Shown here: positions 40,113 to 51,035 of the stretch, in pieces
Position numbering within the stretch: position 1 is the stretch's first letter
Layout: the number at the start of each line of letters is the position of its first letter
From: Candidatus Methanophagaceae archaeon GoMg1
GTDB lineage: Archaea > Halobacteriota > Syntropharchaeia > Alkanophagales > Methanospirareceae
NCBI GenBank assembly: GCA_013180605.1
Contig: QBUL01000189.1
Location: forward strand, 2,483-66,482
Direction of reading: 5' to 3'
DNA: 64,000 nt
Program-made: the position numbers and the translations under genes
Notes under the pieces: model-generated
Databases searched by the model: none
Told to the model about the DNA's origin: nothing
The model's input: the letters and a program-made list of their open reading frames with translations, nothing else

Positions 40113-41437
40113 TCTAATGCGCCGCTCCTTCTAATCGTTTCCAAAAGGTCCGAAGGTCCCAAATCGAAAGTAGGAACTATTCCATTCAGTCTTTTTATAA
40201 CCTCTTCTCTTTCCTTATATCTCCCGTAAAGCCATATAAGTGCTTCCCTGTCCAGTCTCGCCTCGTCGTAAAACAAAATGGGATTAGGCGTCAGGAGCAG
40301 TATTTTATACCCTTTTCTCAATTCCAATAAAATCTTTGTCAGTTCGCTCGTATTCGCAGTGATGTCAGAAATAAAAATCAAAAAAGCCGTGGATGGAAGA
40401 GAGCTTATCGCCTCTATCAGTCCGGTAGCGGAACTCCTTCTCCCCTTTATCGCTGGCAATATCTTCTTAATAAACTTCCTGCTTTCTTCTTTTAATTTCA
40501 ACTTCTTCTCCTGTAAGGGCAACTTTATCCCCATAAGATTTGTAGGTATAGTTCCTATCTTCAGCGATGCTGCTATCTTCTCCACCTGCTCAGCACCTTT
40601 AGTTCTCGCTGCTTCTACCCTCTTAACCCCGTAATCATCATATACTATCAATCCTGCCCGGCAGTTTCTTAAAGCATAAGTGAGTTGAAGCGTCAGAGTA
40701 GTTGCAAAATCTATCTTTGAGCTCTTTATCCCCTTTCTCATCTCTTTACCCGCATCCAAAACTATATATATATCCCCCTCCGTTTCCTTCAAGAAATCCT
40801 TAACTATCAATTCTCCAAGCCTCGTTGTCGCCTTCCAGTCAATATGTCGTCGCTCATCGCCGGGCTGGAACTCCCTCAGCGAATCAAATTCCACCGTCTG
40901 TAAACCAAAGAAGGTTTGATACACTTCGGTGAACTTGTGCGTCTGTTCCGCTTCGGTCTCCTCTTTTATTCTGTCTAAGTTCGGGTACACCTCAACCTCT
41001 TTCTCTGACTTCGAATCAGGCATAAAATCCTCGCAATAAAATTCCCGTAAATCCTTTGCTCTTATCCTGGGACCCTTTATTTTAAATATTCCCCTCACGG
41101 GTGTAATAAAATATTCCACCTCCTTTACCTCACGGGCACTCAAAAACAGCGAAGCCTTGTCGGCTTTAAATCCTGCCGGTAAATTCTCTAAAACTTCTAT
41201 TTTCGATTTCTTATTGCTGAGATTCTTCACTCTCAGCCTCGTTTTTACTCGCGCCCCATCCTTCAACTTCCTATCTATCGCTCTCTCCGATTCTATCCGG
41301 GGTGAAAACTCCACACGAAGATATATTAAATAGAGTAAAATCGGTGCTGCAAGCAAAGCAGGGAAAACATTTCTGAAGAAATATCCCTGCACGAAAAGCA
41401 AGAAAACCAGAAGCAACAAAATATCTTCTCTCTTCAT
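40109..41437 (-). CDS. DUF58 (vWA-like) protein
   Basis: EFDSLREFQPGDE.RHIDWKATTR.GELIVKDF, VLDAG.EM. Confidence 0.9.
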   Translation of the reverse strand: MKREDILLLLVFLLFVQGYFFRNVFPALLAAPILLYLIYLRVEFSPRIESERAIDRKLKDGARVKTRLRVKNLSNKKSKIEVLENLPAGFKADKASLFLSAREVKEVEYFITPVRGIFKIKGPRIRAKDLREFYCEDFMPDSKSEKEVEVYPNLDRIKEETEAEQTHKFTEVYQTFFGLQTVEFDSLREFQPGDERRHIDWKATTRLGELIVKDFLKETEGDIYIVLDAGKEMRKGIKSSKIDFATTLTLQLTYALRNCRAGLIVYDDYGVKRVEAARTKGAEQVEKIAASLKIGTIPTNLMGIKLPLQEKKLKLKEESRKFIKKILPAIKGRRSSATGLIEAISSLPSTAFLIFISDITANTSELTKILLELRKGYKILLLTPNPILFYDEARLDREALIWLYGRYKEREEVIKRLNGIVPTFDLGPSDLLETIRRSGALE

Positions 41438-41498
41438 ATAACCACCTGATTACACAGATTTTCACAAGATTCCTTTTTTTCCTCCAAACTATACATTT

Positions 41499-42440
41499 TT
41501 ATTTCACAACCTCTACCTCATCTAAAATCTCTGTAACCAAATACACACTATTAAAACCGTCTATTGCATGCTCTGCCTTTAATATTATTCGATGGCTCAT
41601 TACGTACGGTGCCAATTCTTTTATATCATCGGGTATGACATATTCTCTTCCTCTCAGGAAGGCTAATGATTTAGAAGCGAATAATAAGTGTTCAGAAGCC
41701 CTCGGGCTCGCACCCAACAAAACACGTTCATCATTTCTCGTCCTCGACGAAATCTCGTATATATAATCGAGAATAGCTTCGCTTACTTTAACCTCTTTCG
41801 CATCCTTCATTAACGAAAGAACATCTTTGCCATCCATTATTTCCGCAACGCTATTGAAATCCCCCATCTCCTTCCTTCTTAGTAAAAGCAGTTCATTATC
41901 CCTGTCGAGGTATTCAATCGGGACTTTTATCATGAATCTATCGAGCTGAGCTTCGGGTAAATTGTAAACACCCTCGATTTCAACAGGATTCATGGTTGCT
42001 ATTGTGAGGAAAGGTTTCGGCAGAGAAAAAGTAGCTCCTTCTATCGTAACTTGCTGCTCTTGCATCGCTTCGAGCAATGCTGATTGAGTCTTTGGTGTCG
42101 CTCTGTTTATTTCGTCAGCTAAGATGATATTCGCGAATATCGGTCCCTTCCTCACACCGAATTCCATCTCTTTCTGGTCATAAAACACACTACCTATGAT
42201 GTCCGCAGGCATCAAGTCAGGAGTTAATTGAATGCGGAAAAAAGATAAGCCGATAGCCTTTGTGAAAGCCTTGGCAATCGTCGTCTTTGCAACTCCTGGG
42301 ATTCCTTCAAGTAGGATGTGCCCGCCGGAAAGCATAGCAACTGCCAGCAGTTCTATTACATCTTCCATCCCTACAACTACATTACTGACCTCCTCTTTTA
42401 TCCTTTCTATAAATTCCCTTCCTCCTCTTCCCTCGTTCAT
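41499..42440 (-). CDS. MoxR-family AAA+ ATPase
   Basis: GHILLEGIPGVAKT, RIQLTPDLMPAD, LADEINRATPKTQSALLEAMQE, LPEAQLDRF. Confidence 0.95.
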   Translation of the reverse strand: MNEGRGGREFIERIKEEVSNVVVGMEDVIELLAVAMLSGGHILLEGIPGVAKTTIAKAFTKAIGLSFFRIQLTPDLMPADIIGSVFYDQKEMEFGVRKGPIFANIILADEINRATPKTQSALLEAMQEQQVTIEGATFSLPKPFLTIATMNPVEIEGVYNLPEAQLDRFMIKVPIEYLDRDNELLLLRRKEMGDFNSVAEIMDGKDVLSLMKDAKEVKVSEAILDYIYEISSRTRNDERVLLGASPRASEHLLFASKSLAFLRGREYVIPDDIKELAPYVMSHRIILKAEHAIDGFNSVYLVTEILDEVEVVK

Positions 42441-43446
42441 ATCCTTCACCAAATTTTGACCCTGTCTTTATTTCATTAATTATTCTTTTAAGTATTTTTT
42501 TATCTATTCCTTCAGGTAACCCTTCAAATATATCCCCCCCTCTCCGTGCAGGTATTAATCCCCCGATAGACTGAGCAATTGCCCTCGCAATCCCGCTTTC
42601 TATAAAAATCATTAACGCCGCAACGAAAGCAAAAACCTGGAGTGCTTTTACCCTGTCAAGTTCCCGGTGTATGTAAACAGTGGTGATTGAATATGGATTG
42701 AAGTCAGAATGGTGAGCGTCATCGAAATAGAAGAGGTCGGAGCCGAGATAACCCACGAGATTATCTATAAATTTCCTGTTTTCCGTAGCCATATCGTTTA
42801 TTAAAATGTCAGGGTCTGAGAGCAAGATTACTCTTCCCGCACCGTATCTTGTTTCTGCCAGAATAGGATAACTCCTCCTGTTTTTTCCTTCACCTACTAC
42901 GCTGACTTTTGAAGAGAAGACCTCTTCTTCACCTTCTAATTCTGTAATAACCGATGGTATATTCAAAACGAGCTTTTCAACACCGTAAGAGAGCTGTGGG
43001 TCCTCTATTCTTGCAACTGCCGGGAAATCCGCTTTTTTACAGTAGAATATATCCCCCAAGGGTTTATCAGAAAACTTCCCTTTTACTCCTAATCCCTCCA
43101 AAAGTGAATTCGCGAGTCCGAAATCATCGGCGATAAAAAGTGTCCCGCCTTTTTCAAGGAAACTCCTTACTTCTTCTATCTCAAGCGATGAGAACCCCAC
43201 ATCCGGACCCACAATAATTACAGCACCTTTTTCCTTAAAGTCAATGGAATTGTAAGGATACAAAACAGGAACGAGTTTACCCCTGTCAAATAAAACCTTT
43301 GCAAACTCTGAACAGCCATTCCAGTTCGTGTTGAACATGCTAAAATCCGCAGATGTTTTTATCATCGGGACAGCGAGCGGAACAATAAGCAAGAAAATGC
43401 CCGCGAAGACCAAAAAAGCATACAACCATCTCATCTCTTCTTTCAC
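42382..43446 (-). CDS. DUF4350-domain membrane protein
   Basis: FSMFNTNWNGCS, GG.LFIADDFG..NSLL, G.GRVILLSDPDILIN, FDDAH. Confidence 0.8.
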   Translation of the reverse strand: MKEEMRWLYAFLVFAGIFLLIVPLAVPMIKTSADFSMFNTNWNGCSEFAKVLFDRGKLVPVLYPYNSIDFKEKGAVIIVGPDVGFSSLEIEEVRSFLEKGGTLFIADDFGLANSLLEGLGVKGKFSDKPLGDIFYCKKADFPAVARIEDPQLSYGVEKLVLNIPSVITELEGEEEVFSSKVSVVGEGKNRRSYPILAETRYGAGRVILLSDPDILINDMATENRKFIDNLVGYLGSDLFYFDDAHHSDFNPYSITTVYIHRELDRVKALQVFAFVAALMIFIESGIARAIAQSIGGLIPARRGGDIFEGLPEGIDKKILKRIINEIKTGSKFGEGYERGKRRKGIYRKDKRGGQ

Positions 43447-45785
43447 CCCTTAAAATATCTTAAAATTTCTTCTATCCCTTTGAAATAACTCTCTTCCTCT
43501 CCATCCATAGGCTCTCTATTCCCATAAACTGCTTTTTCGTATATTTCAGTTACTCCCTCAAGCATATTCGCAAAAGGTTCTTTTTTCTTTTTTATTAGTT
43601 CTAAGAGCTCTCTCGGCGTAAAGCTCTTTTTAAAACTATATTTGTCAACAATAGTATCGAACAGCAATTTGTAAGCCCCTTCAAGATCAACGCCTTCCAG
43701 GATATTCACTTCAGAAACTTCTTCATATCGCTCTTTTTCTTTTTCCACTTCTTCTTCCGCTACGTCTATTCTAAGATTTTCAATAGTCTTATTTTGCTCC
43801 GTCCTTTTTTTCTGCATTAAAGCACGGAATTTGTTCTTGCTCTTGCTAAAAGCGTGAAATTTGCCTTTAAAAACACGAGCATAAATGACTGTAAGGATTG
43901 AAGCTATTGGAGCAAAGGTTTTCTCTATGAAAACATGCATTTTTCCCCTTAAAGTGTGAATTTTGTCTTTTAAAGTGCGTGTATACAAGCTTGCAAAGAG
44001 CGAAGCCATTGGAGTTAGGATTTTCTCCTTGAAAACATGGAGTTTACTTCTCAAAGCGTGCATCTTTACTTTTGGAGCCCGAGAATGGAGGCGTGTGAAG
44101 GAAAAACCTGCTGGAATATGAAGCCTTTCCCCTGAAGCGTGCAGCTTTCTCTTTAAAGTGCGGGCATACAAACCTGCAAAGAATGAAATAATTGCAACGA
44201 AGATAAGCAATAAATAAAAAAATATGTTAAATTCCCGGGAAATGTTTATTATTTCTTCTACTCTCTTGTCACCAACAATTTCTACCTTCTTAGTAACAGT
44301 AATCTTTATCACATTCGATTTCGCAGGTTTATACACAGAATCACCGGGGAAAAAGGCATATACTTCGTATGTCCCGGGACTTGAAAAAGACAAAGAGAAA
44401 TTAAAATCTTTCTCTGCTGTGAGCTTTTTCACTCTTGTGCCGTTAACATATATGATGAGTGGGACAGTATAGTTTGGGTTTATGCCATGAACGGAACCAG
44501 TGAAGTTTACCGTTTCATTAACATTGACGTGCGTCTCATCTGCCTCGATATGAAGCGATACTGAAAATCTCGAGAAGAAAATAGATATGTTTGCACTGCG
44601 CTTGCTCTTATAAGTATTGTTTCCCGGGTAGACGGCAGATACATTTAGATGCCCTTCAGAACTTCTTGTGCCATCGAACACGAAACTTCCGCTTCTATCC
44701 GTTGTTAACTCAGTTTCTTCATCTCCTGCTTTAACTGTCACGTTTGCTCCGTGCAAAGGCAGGTTATAATAATCTACAAGAAGCCCGGTTATTTTTACTC
44801 GTTCATTCACCAAAGCTGCATATTTTGACGAAAGGACAATGAAAGTGGGTATTTTGCTTACATAAACTTTTACGATGTTAGATGTTATGTTTTCTCCATC
44901 ACCTTTCATTCCTTCTGCATAAATCTCGTGCTCTCCAGACTCTTCAAAACTATGTTTCTTCGTTTGTTCTCCTGTTTGATTTTTTAGTTCATAGGTGGCG
45001 TTGCCAATAACCAATGAAAGAGAGGAGACATTCTTTGCATACACATGTATCGTTATCTCTTCATATAGAAATGGATACCCGTCTGAGACCACAACCACGA
45101 GTAAGTACTCCTCAAACGCAGGAGCTTCAAATTCGTACTTCTCAAGTAACTTTTCGTAATACTCTATAAGCGCATAAACGTCTTTTAGCTTGTCTCTCAG
45201 GTCTGGAACGTTAAAAAGAAGCATTGAGGTTTCATTCCACAGTTCTATCCGCTCAACTCCATCTAAAGAACAATTTATTTCATCGGCTCCTGTCCTCATG
45301 TTTACAACCGCAGTTCTTGCTCTCACGTAAGCCTCGTAATCACTTTCGTTCTTTAGAATCTCGTAGTTCGTGAGGAAAACCACTTGAAAAAATGTTATTT
45401 TTTTGGTTCCGCCGGATAGAGAGCAGAAAGGGCTTAACACTGATGACACGTTGCTTTCAATACCCTTAGCAGCATAGAACCTGCTTTCTTCTTCTGTAAG
45501 TTTGATTTCGGATTCAAGAGAAGATGCGAACTTATCGGCATCTGGACTTTCCTCAAGAAATTTATCCATACAGTTCCCAGCTTCTTCGAGGATGTCAGAG
45601 AAAAAAGAGTGGATGCCTTCGTCACTTGAACTCGCCTCAGAATAAATTTGATGTCTAACCCCGCCAGCGCTAACAGGGGAAAGGAACATCAATACTAAGA
45701 TGAGCAGGGTTAAGACAGTTATTTTCCGTTTCCTTTTCTCAGCCATTGCTCTTGTTTGCATATTCGTAAAATAAAGATAAAACAA
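43443..45785 (-). CDS. Large membrane protein with Ig-like domains and a DUF4129-like C-terminus
   Basis: Signal peptide, Ig-like repeats (A.YPG...YK), TM, TPREL...YEKAVYG; the real start may be slightly downstream. Confidence 0.75.
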   Translation of the reverse strand: MFYLYFTNMQTRAMAEKRKRKITVLTLLILVLMFLSPVSAGGVRHQIYSEASSSDEGIHSFFSDILEEAGNCMDKFLEESPDADKFASSLESEIKLTEEESRFYAAKGIESNVSSVLSPFCSLSGGTKKITFFQVVFLTNYEILKNESDYEAYVRARTAVVNMRTGADEINCSLDGVERIELWNETSMLLFNVPDLRDKLKDVYALIEYYEKLLEKYEFEAPAFEEYLLVVVVSDGYPFLYEEITIHVYAKNVSSLSLVIGNATYELKNQTGEQTKKHSFEESGEHEIYAEGMKGDGENITSNIVKVYVSKIPTFIVLSSKYAALVNERVKITGLLVDYYNLPLHGANVTVKAGDEETELTTDRSGSFVFDGTRSSEGHLNVSAVYPGNNTYKSKRSANISIFFSRFSVSLHIEADETHVNVNETVNFTGSVHGINPNYTVPLIIYVNGTRVKKLTAEKDFNFSLSFSSPGTYEVYAFFPGDSVYKPAKSNVIKITVTKKVEIVGDKRVEEIINISREFNIFFYLLLIFVAIISFFAGLYARTLKRKLHASGERLHIPAGFSFTRLHSRAPKVKMHALRSKLHVFKEKILTPMASLFASLYTRTLKDKIHTLRGKMHVFIEKTFAPIASILTVIYARVFKGKFHAFSKSKNKFRALMQKKRTEQNKTIENLRIDVAEEEVEKEKERYEEVSEVNILEGVDLEGAYKLLFDTIVDKYSFKKSFTPRELLELIKKKKEPFANMLEGVTEIYEKAVYGNREPMDGEEESYFKGIEEILRYFKG

Positions 45786-45837
45786 AGGATATATTAAATT
45801 AAAAGTTTTGCTGCTGATAAATAAGTGTTAAACTAAC

Positions 45838-46593
45838 ATGAAGAAAGGCAAATATATCGCTGGGGGCGTGTTGATAGCAATTGGTGCAGTGTTCGCATTC
45901 AAAGGCGCTATGGAAGGGGATCAGAGCGTGATAAATGTTGGAATAGGGGGCATATTTTTGGGTATTATTGTTCTTACTTTTTCAACCTCGGATTACGTCA
46001 AGTACGATGCTTTTAAAGCAATGGTTTTGCCATACTTTCAGCTATGCAAAGGTCTTATCAACTCATTAGAATTGAAAAGCAAAGCGGTTTATATCCCTGC
46101 TTATGGCAATTTGCCTGAAGGCGGAATTTTTATACCCTTGCATGATAATTTTGACCTCGACCTTGCTAAACTTGACGAAAACTCGTTTTTTATCACTGAT
46201 GTCGGAAGGGAGAAGGAAATGGGTTTGTTCTTAGCGCCCCTTGGGAAAGACCTGATGAAGATGTATGAAGAGTATTCCGAGATGGACTTCACAAATGCTG
46301 GATTACACGCTGTTGAGAATGCATCCGTGGTTTTGAAATCGCTTGGTCTCGCAGCGAACGTAGTTGTGGAAGAAAAAGAAGAGGAAATCAGGGTGCTCGT
46401 AGGAGGTGTGAAGACAAAAATATGCTCGAAAACATGTGAACAGGTTGCTTGTCCAATTTGCAGCTCTGTTCTTCTTTCAATTGCTAAGAGTTTACAGGAA
46501 TTAATAGTGGTAGAAAGTTTTAAAATTGAAATTGAGCACGGATATGTGGAAATCACTGTGAGGAGAATAGGAGGGATTAATAAATGGATGTAG
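45838..46593 (+). CDS. Conserved archaeal membrane protein with a V4R-like C-terminus
   Basis: Two N-terminal TMs; C...C...ACPICS motif. Confidence 0.7.
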   Translation: MKKGKYIAGGVLIAIGAVFAFKGAMEGDQSVINVGIGGIFLGIIVLTFSTSDYVKYDAFKAMVLPYFQLCKGLINSLELKSKAVYIPAYGNLPEGGIFIPLHDNFDLDLAKLDENSFFITDVGREKEMGLFLAPLGKDLMKMYEEYSEMDFTNAGLHAVENASVVLKSLGLAANVVVEEKEEEIRVLVGGVKTKICSKTCEQVACPICSSVLLSIAKSLQELIVVESFKIEIEHGYVEITVRRIGGINKWM

Positions 46594-46823
46594 AAGATAT
46601 AATAGTTCTGATTATATCGGCTTGGGCAGTTCTTTCTTTCTCACTGATACCGAGGGTTGAAGTCTATCTTACGCTATTGCTTATAGGGCTCTTAGTGGTT
46701 ATGGAAGTTGCAGGTAGTTTTATAAATCCTGAGATAAGAAAAGGGCTAAAACCTGCTATATACTTTATCCTTTTCATTTTTTTGATAATTATAGCGAAGA
46801 AGGTTATGGAAGTTCTGAGTTAA
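46584..46823 (+). CDS. Small membrane protein
   Basis: Three hydrophobic segments; overlaps the previous gene. Confidence 0.7.
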   Translation: MDVEDIIVLIISAWAVLSFSLIPRVEVYLTLLLIGLLVVMEVAGSFINPEIRKGLKPAIYFILFIFLIIIAKKVMEVLS

Positions 46824-46851
46824 ATTCATGTGCGATCTAATTTTAATTTAA

Positions 46852-47061
46852 TTGATTCTTTTTGTTGCGACTCTTTTCGGCGTACTTCACGTTGGGAACC
46901 TCGCTCTTTGGGATTGCGTGCTTGCTTTTTCTATCGGATTCATCTTTTCAATAGTGCGAAAAAAAAAGGGGTCTATATACGGAATAAGCATTTCGCACGG
47001 TATTATAAACACCATTTTGTTCTTGATTGCACCTGCAATTGCAATTACAATTTTTCCATAA
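46852..47061 (+). pseudogene. CPBP (CAAX protease/Abi) family C-terminal fragment
   Basis: LFGVLH and SI...SISHGIIN motifs; the N-terminal EE motif is absent. Confidence 0.6.
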
Positions 47062-47212
47062 CTTTCAAGAAATTTGAAACTCACTATATTTCTTTTTGGG
47101 ATTCAGAATCTCCCCCTTCAGGGGAAACGAGAATTTTGGAACTACTTAGCAAGTTCTTCCAATTTCCCGGGGGGTATTTATTGACTCAAGCGTCTTCCTA
47201 AACTTCTTAGAA

Positions 47213-48804
47213 CATGACTTTCGGCTATAAATAATCCTGCGACGGAGTAAACTGTATAATATTTGAGTCCATAGTCCAAATATAGTGACAATAATGAACC
47301 AAGCTAATCGCTTAGCAGAGATTTTACGAATCATGAAAGAAGTGGAAAACTCTTCGCTATCGGTCAGTCGGTATTTTAAGGAGAAATATGCGCCTTTTGG
47401 ATATGTGCAATATTACACCTACAAGAAGGCGCTGAGGGAAAGAGGCGTAGAAGGCTTATAATGACCAAAGAAGCAAAGGCAATCATTTAAAATTTACGAA
47501 AGAGATACGGGATTTTGTGAAGGGTTTGCTCAAATATAATCGGACTATGACCCCCTTGGATGTCCAAAATGCGATCAAAAGGCGGGTTCACTTCTGAATA
47601 TAATAACTTGCCTCAGGTGAGAGAATCGAGATTCACGCCATTAGAAGAGAATTGAAATACCTTCAGGTGTCCAATGAACTGATAGAAGTGACGGCAAAGT
47701 TCTGGATTGACTTCCGGAGCCGCAGGAATAAGTCGGACACCATTTTCGCATGCTATTATATCGGTGGTAACACTAAAGCGCTGTGGTCATCGAAGTCGTG
47801 TCACAAAGGTAAGGTCACGATGCTGGGCAGGGTAATGAACTGCCTGGAGCAGGTGTTCGTCCACGATGGTCAGGGACATCCCCTGTACTTTCAGACGTTC
47901 AATGGCCATGCGGATCTTGGAAAGAACGCATTGAGGATGATGGATACGATAAGTGAATATCTCAAGAATACCACCACCTTAAATCAATTCAACGTGAACA
48001 GGATTTTGATAATGGATGCTGGGGGTAATAGCGTTAAGACGCTGTGTGAGCTGTCAGATTCTGGCTACTACTTCATAACGATGCTGGATTCCAACCAGTC
48101 CAATGAGAGGAAGGTCAAGTCCGTATCAGGGGAGAAGAGATACGACTATGGGGATGCGCATCTGGTGGATTGCACCGTGGAGCTGGAGGATTCCAACGAG
48201 AAAGGTTACATCTTCGAGACAAGGGCGGTGCAAGTCAATTGGGACAATGGTAGAACGTCCGTTCTCATCACAAGCGTGCCTGAGGCGATATTTTCCATGG
48301 ATAATGTCGTGAAGTCATATTTTGACCGACGGCACGCGCAGGAATTGGATTTCAATGATATGAAGGGCAGTGTCAATCTACATCGAGGGTGTGGGTTATG
48401 GTAAGAAATTGGTGGACAATAAAAAGGCTGAACTCGCAAGGATCATTGATAAGAAGAAGATATACCGTGTGGATGTGGAGTTGGACCAGATAATGACCTG
48501 TTTCAGGATTTCATTCGCGGATATCTGCGCTTATCTGCTGGATGAATGCTTCAATGGCGAGAAAATGACTTTACATCTGCTTTTTGAGACCATATTTGAG
48601 CTTCGTGGTAAAGCGAGGGTCGAGGGCGATCAACGAAATATATTTATAGAGAGAAATCCAAAACAGAGATATATTATGAGGAAGTCAGAATCGGCATTTG
48701 ATGTTATCAATCGTATGGAGGTAGAAGATATAAATGGATGCAGGTATAATTTCAAACTTGTTCAATTTAATGTGTCGCTATAATCTAAATGGCCGAAAGT
48801 CATG
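47213..48804 (+). mobile_element. Degenerate IS with CATGACTTTCGGC TIRs and a fragmented DDE transposase
   Basis: CATGACTTTCGGCTAT versus ATGGCCGAAAGTCATG; internal ORFs 47333-47459, 47652-48404 and 48370-48783 with stops/frameshifts (LIMDAGG, LITS, Y..R..QE..F). Confidence 0.8.
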
Positions 48805-48881
48805 TATAATAAATAACTCAACTATTATTTATGTATAAAAAAAACCTCTTCTTTTAGAAAAAACGTTTTTTGCAAGCAAAA

Positions 48882-49439
48882 ATGAGAACAGCAAGTGTAA
48901 AAAGGAAGACAAAAGAAACGAATATTGAGGTGGAATTGAACCTTGACGGTACGGGAACGCACGAAATAAGCACCGGGATAAAATTCTTTGACCACATGCT
49001 CGCAACGTTTTCAAGGCATGGGTCTTTTGACCTCGTTGTGCACGCAACGGGTGACTTGAGCCACCACGTCATAGAAGACACCGGGATTGTGTTGGGTGAA
49101 GCGTTAAAAAAAGCAATCGGCGGAGAACCTGAAGAAAGGGAAAAGACCGTGAGGTTTGGCTATGCAGTTATACCGATGGACGAATCCCTTGCAAGATGCG
49201 CATTGGACATCGGTGGTATAGGCGGTGGAAGGAGTTATACGGTGTTCGAGGTGGAGCTTGGTAAAGAACGAGTAGAGGATGTTAACACTGAGAACATACC
49301 GCATTTCTTTTACTCGCTCGCTACGCACGCAAACTTCACCGTTCACGTGTATGCAACGGGCGAGAACGAACACCACAAAATAGAAGCGATTTTTAAAGCC
49401 TTGGGTGTTGCATTGAGCAAGGCAACAAGGATAAAATGA
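48882..49439 (+). CDS. hisB: Imidazoleglycerol-phosphate dehydratase
   Basis: RKTKETNI, FFDHML, HHVIED, PMDESL, NEHHKIEA.FKA. Confidence 0.96.
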   Translation: MRTASVKRKTKETNIEVELNLDGTGTHEISTGIKFFDHMLATFSRHGSFDLVVHATGDLSHHVIEDTGIVLGEALKKAIGGEPEEREKTVRFGYAVIPMDESLARCALDIGGIGGGRSYTVFEVELGKERVEDVNTENIPHFFYSLATHANFTVHVYATGENEHHKIEAIFKALGVALSKATRIK

Positions 49440-49651
49440 AGGTAGAAACCATGGCGGATTTGGAATCACTTCCAGAAGATGAATGGATAGAAGTACCTGA
49501 GGGACTGCATGCAAAGTTTGTCCACAGTATAGATCAGGAGAGTAACAAATTGACAATTACACTTCCAGAGGAAGTCGCTAAGAGGATGGGAGATATGCTT
49601 TCTGCCTATTTCAAAGATGGTAAGATAGTTATAAGCGAGATTGATGGATGA
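49436..49651 (+). CDS. Small AbrB/MazE-like protein (possible orphan antitoxin)
   Basis: LTITLPEEVAKRMG...DGKIVI swapped-hairpin pattern. Confidence 0.5.
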   Translation: MKVETMADLESLPEDEWIEVPEGLHAKFVHSIDQESNKLTITLPEEVAKRMGDMLSAYFKDGKIVISEIDG

Positions 49652-49765
49652 TTCTTAACAAGATGAAACGAAGAGAGGCGAATGTTGCCCCGTAGTAGTG
49701 GTTCCTTTCTCGTTCCTTTGCGTTCCTCTCAACCCCAAAATTGTTGCAATTGCAATCGAAAAGTT

Positions 49766-50251
49766 TTAAGTTTTTATTTGCCAAAAGTGTATAGATATTA
49801 ATTTGGAGATTGCTATAATCGTGGGAATAATAATAGAGCTTGCAAATTTTATCTTTATCTTTATATCAATGGGCCAAACTGGAAATTTTCCAGTTTCGTT
49901 ATAAATATCTTTGAGATACTTAATGTCGGTTAGGAATTTATCGCCGTTATCTTTATCTAAATTTTTAACATTCTTCGTAATAGATTTTAATATTGTATCA
50001 ATTTTATTGGCAATCTCATCTACTGCTTTCATATGGGCTACTTTCTTCTTAACCATTGTCTTGTGTATCATGTACAAGGGATAAAAAAAGGAGAACATAA
50101 TTCCAATGACAAATATAACAAAACCAATAGCACAGTAATTAGGACCGTAATATCTCCAATATAAACTCCATATAGCAAGCCAGAATGTTGCGGGAATTAG
50201 TGTAAAAACATTATAAACCTTAACTCCGTCTGGGTAGGGAATATGTTTCAT
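49766..50251 (-). CDS. AT-rich membrane protein, probably 5'-truncated by the adjacent IS
   Basis: TMs, FFYPLY.IH..M, PVWP motif; abuts the IS nest. Confidence 0.5.
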   Translation of the reverse strand: MKHIPYPDGVKVYNVFTLIPATFWLAIWSLYWRYYGPNYCAIGFVIFVIGIMFSFFYPLYMIHKTMVKKKVAHMKAVDEIANKIDTILKSITKNVKNLDKDNGDKFLTDIKYLKDIYNETGKFPVWPIDIKIKIKFASSIIIPTIIAISKLISIHFWQIKT

Positions 50252-50613
50252 TATATCTCCCGCAATATCTCACCTTTTGCAGATCAACAGTAAATAAGAA
50301 CCGACATCATTATATAGGCATATTCCCCCTCTATTGAATATGGAACAATGGGCCAAAGAATGGCTGAAGGAACAGAGGGGTCAGGGTGTAAAATGCCTTG
50401 AGGTAAAGATGCAGGAAAATGCCACTATGTCTATCATTCGACTACATACTGGGATAAAGCACTCAAAAAACCAAGAAAAAACTCAAAATATCTTGGAATG
50501 CTTAATCCAGATAAAGGGCTTATCAAATCAGGTGGAAGACATAGAATTCATCCGTCCGATATCAGAAACATCACCGAATATGGTAACTCGATGCTGTTGC
50601 ATGAAACAATGAA

Positions 50614-51035
50614 CATGGATTTTCAATGACATAATTAACGTAATATTTTCATACTCAAACAAACTTTAATTTCTTTTCTTACTCCTTCAATCGTTTTTTA
50701 AACCGTCCTGCTAGTCTTTAGGCATTACGCAATTACGAGTGTAATAGGAAATTTGTGTTACTTAAACACGAAGAATTAGGCATCCAGAAAAAAAAAGTTT
50801 CTGCTCTAAAATCGGTTTAACAAACCTCCATTTTCACTTCTTTTTTAAATAAGCACGGATTGGCGCCTGATGGAATATCTAGAACATGTACCATAACAAT
50901 CAAAATACAAGCTTATTTGCGTAAGGTGAAGACGTGAAGAAAACCCTGTTAAATGGCGATAGAAGCCAATGCCTGCCTAAAATCCCCCAGAATCGGGTGT
51001 TCGCATTACGCAAATTATGCGTGTGAAAATCCATG
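50614..51035. mobile_element. 422-bp MITE with CATGGATTTTCA TIRs and a 5-bp TSD
   Basis: TIRs CATGGATTTTCA..CATAATT; flanks ATGAA/ATGGA; removal restores the host frame (HETM[K/E]YL). Confidence 0.85.
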
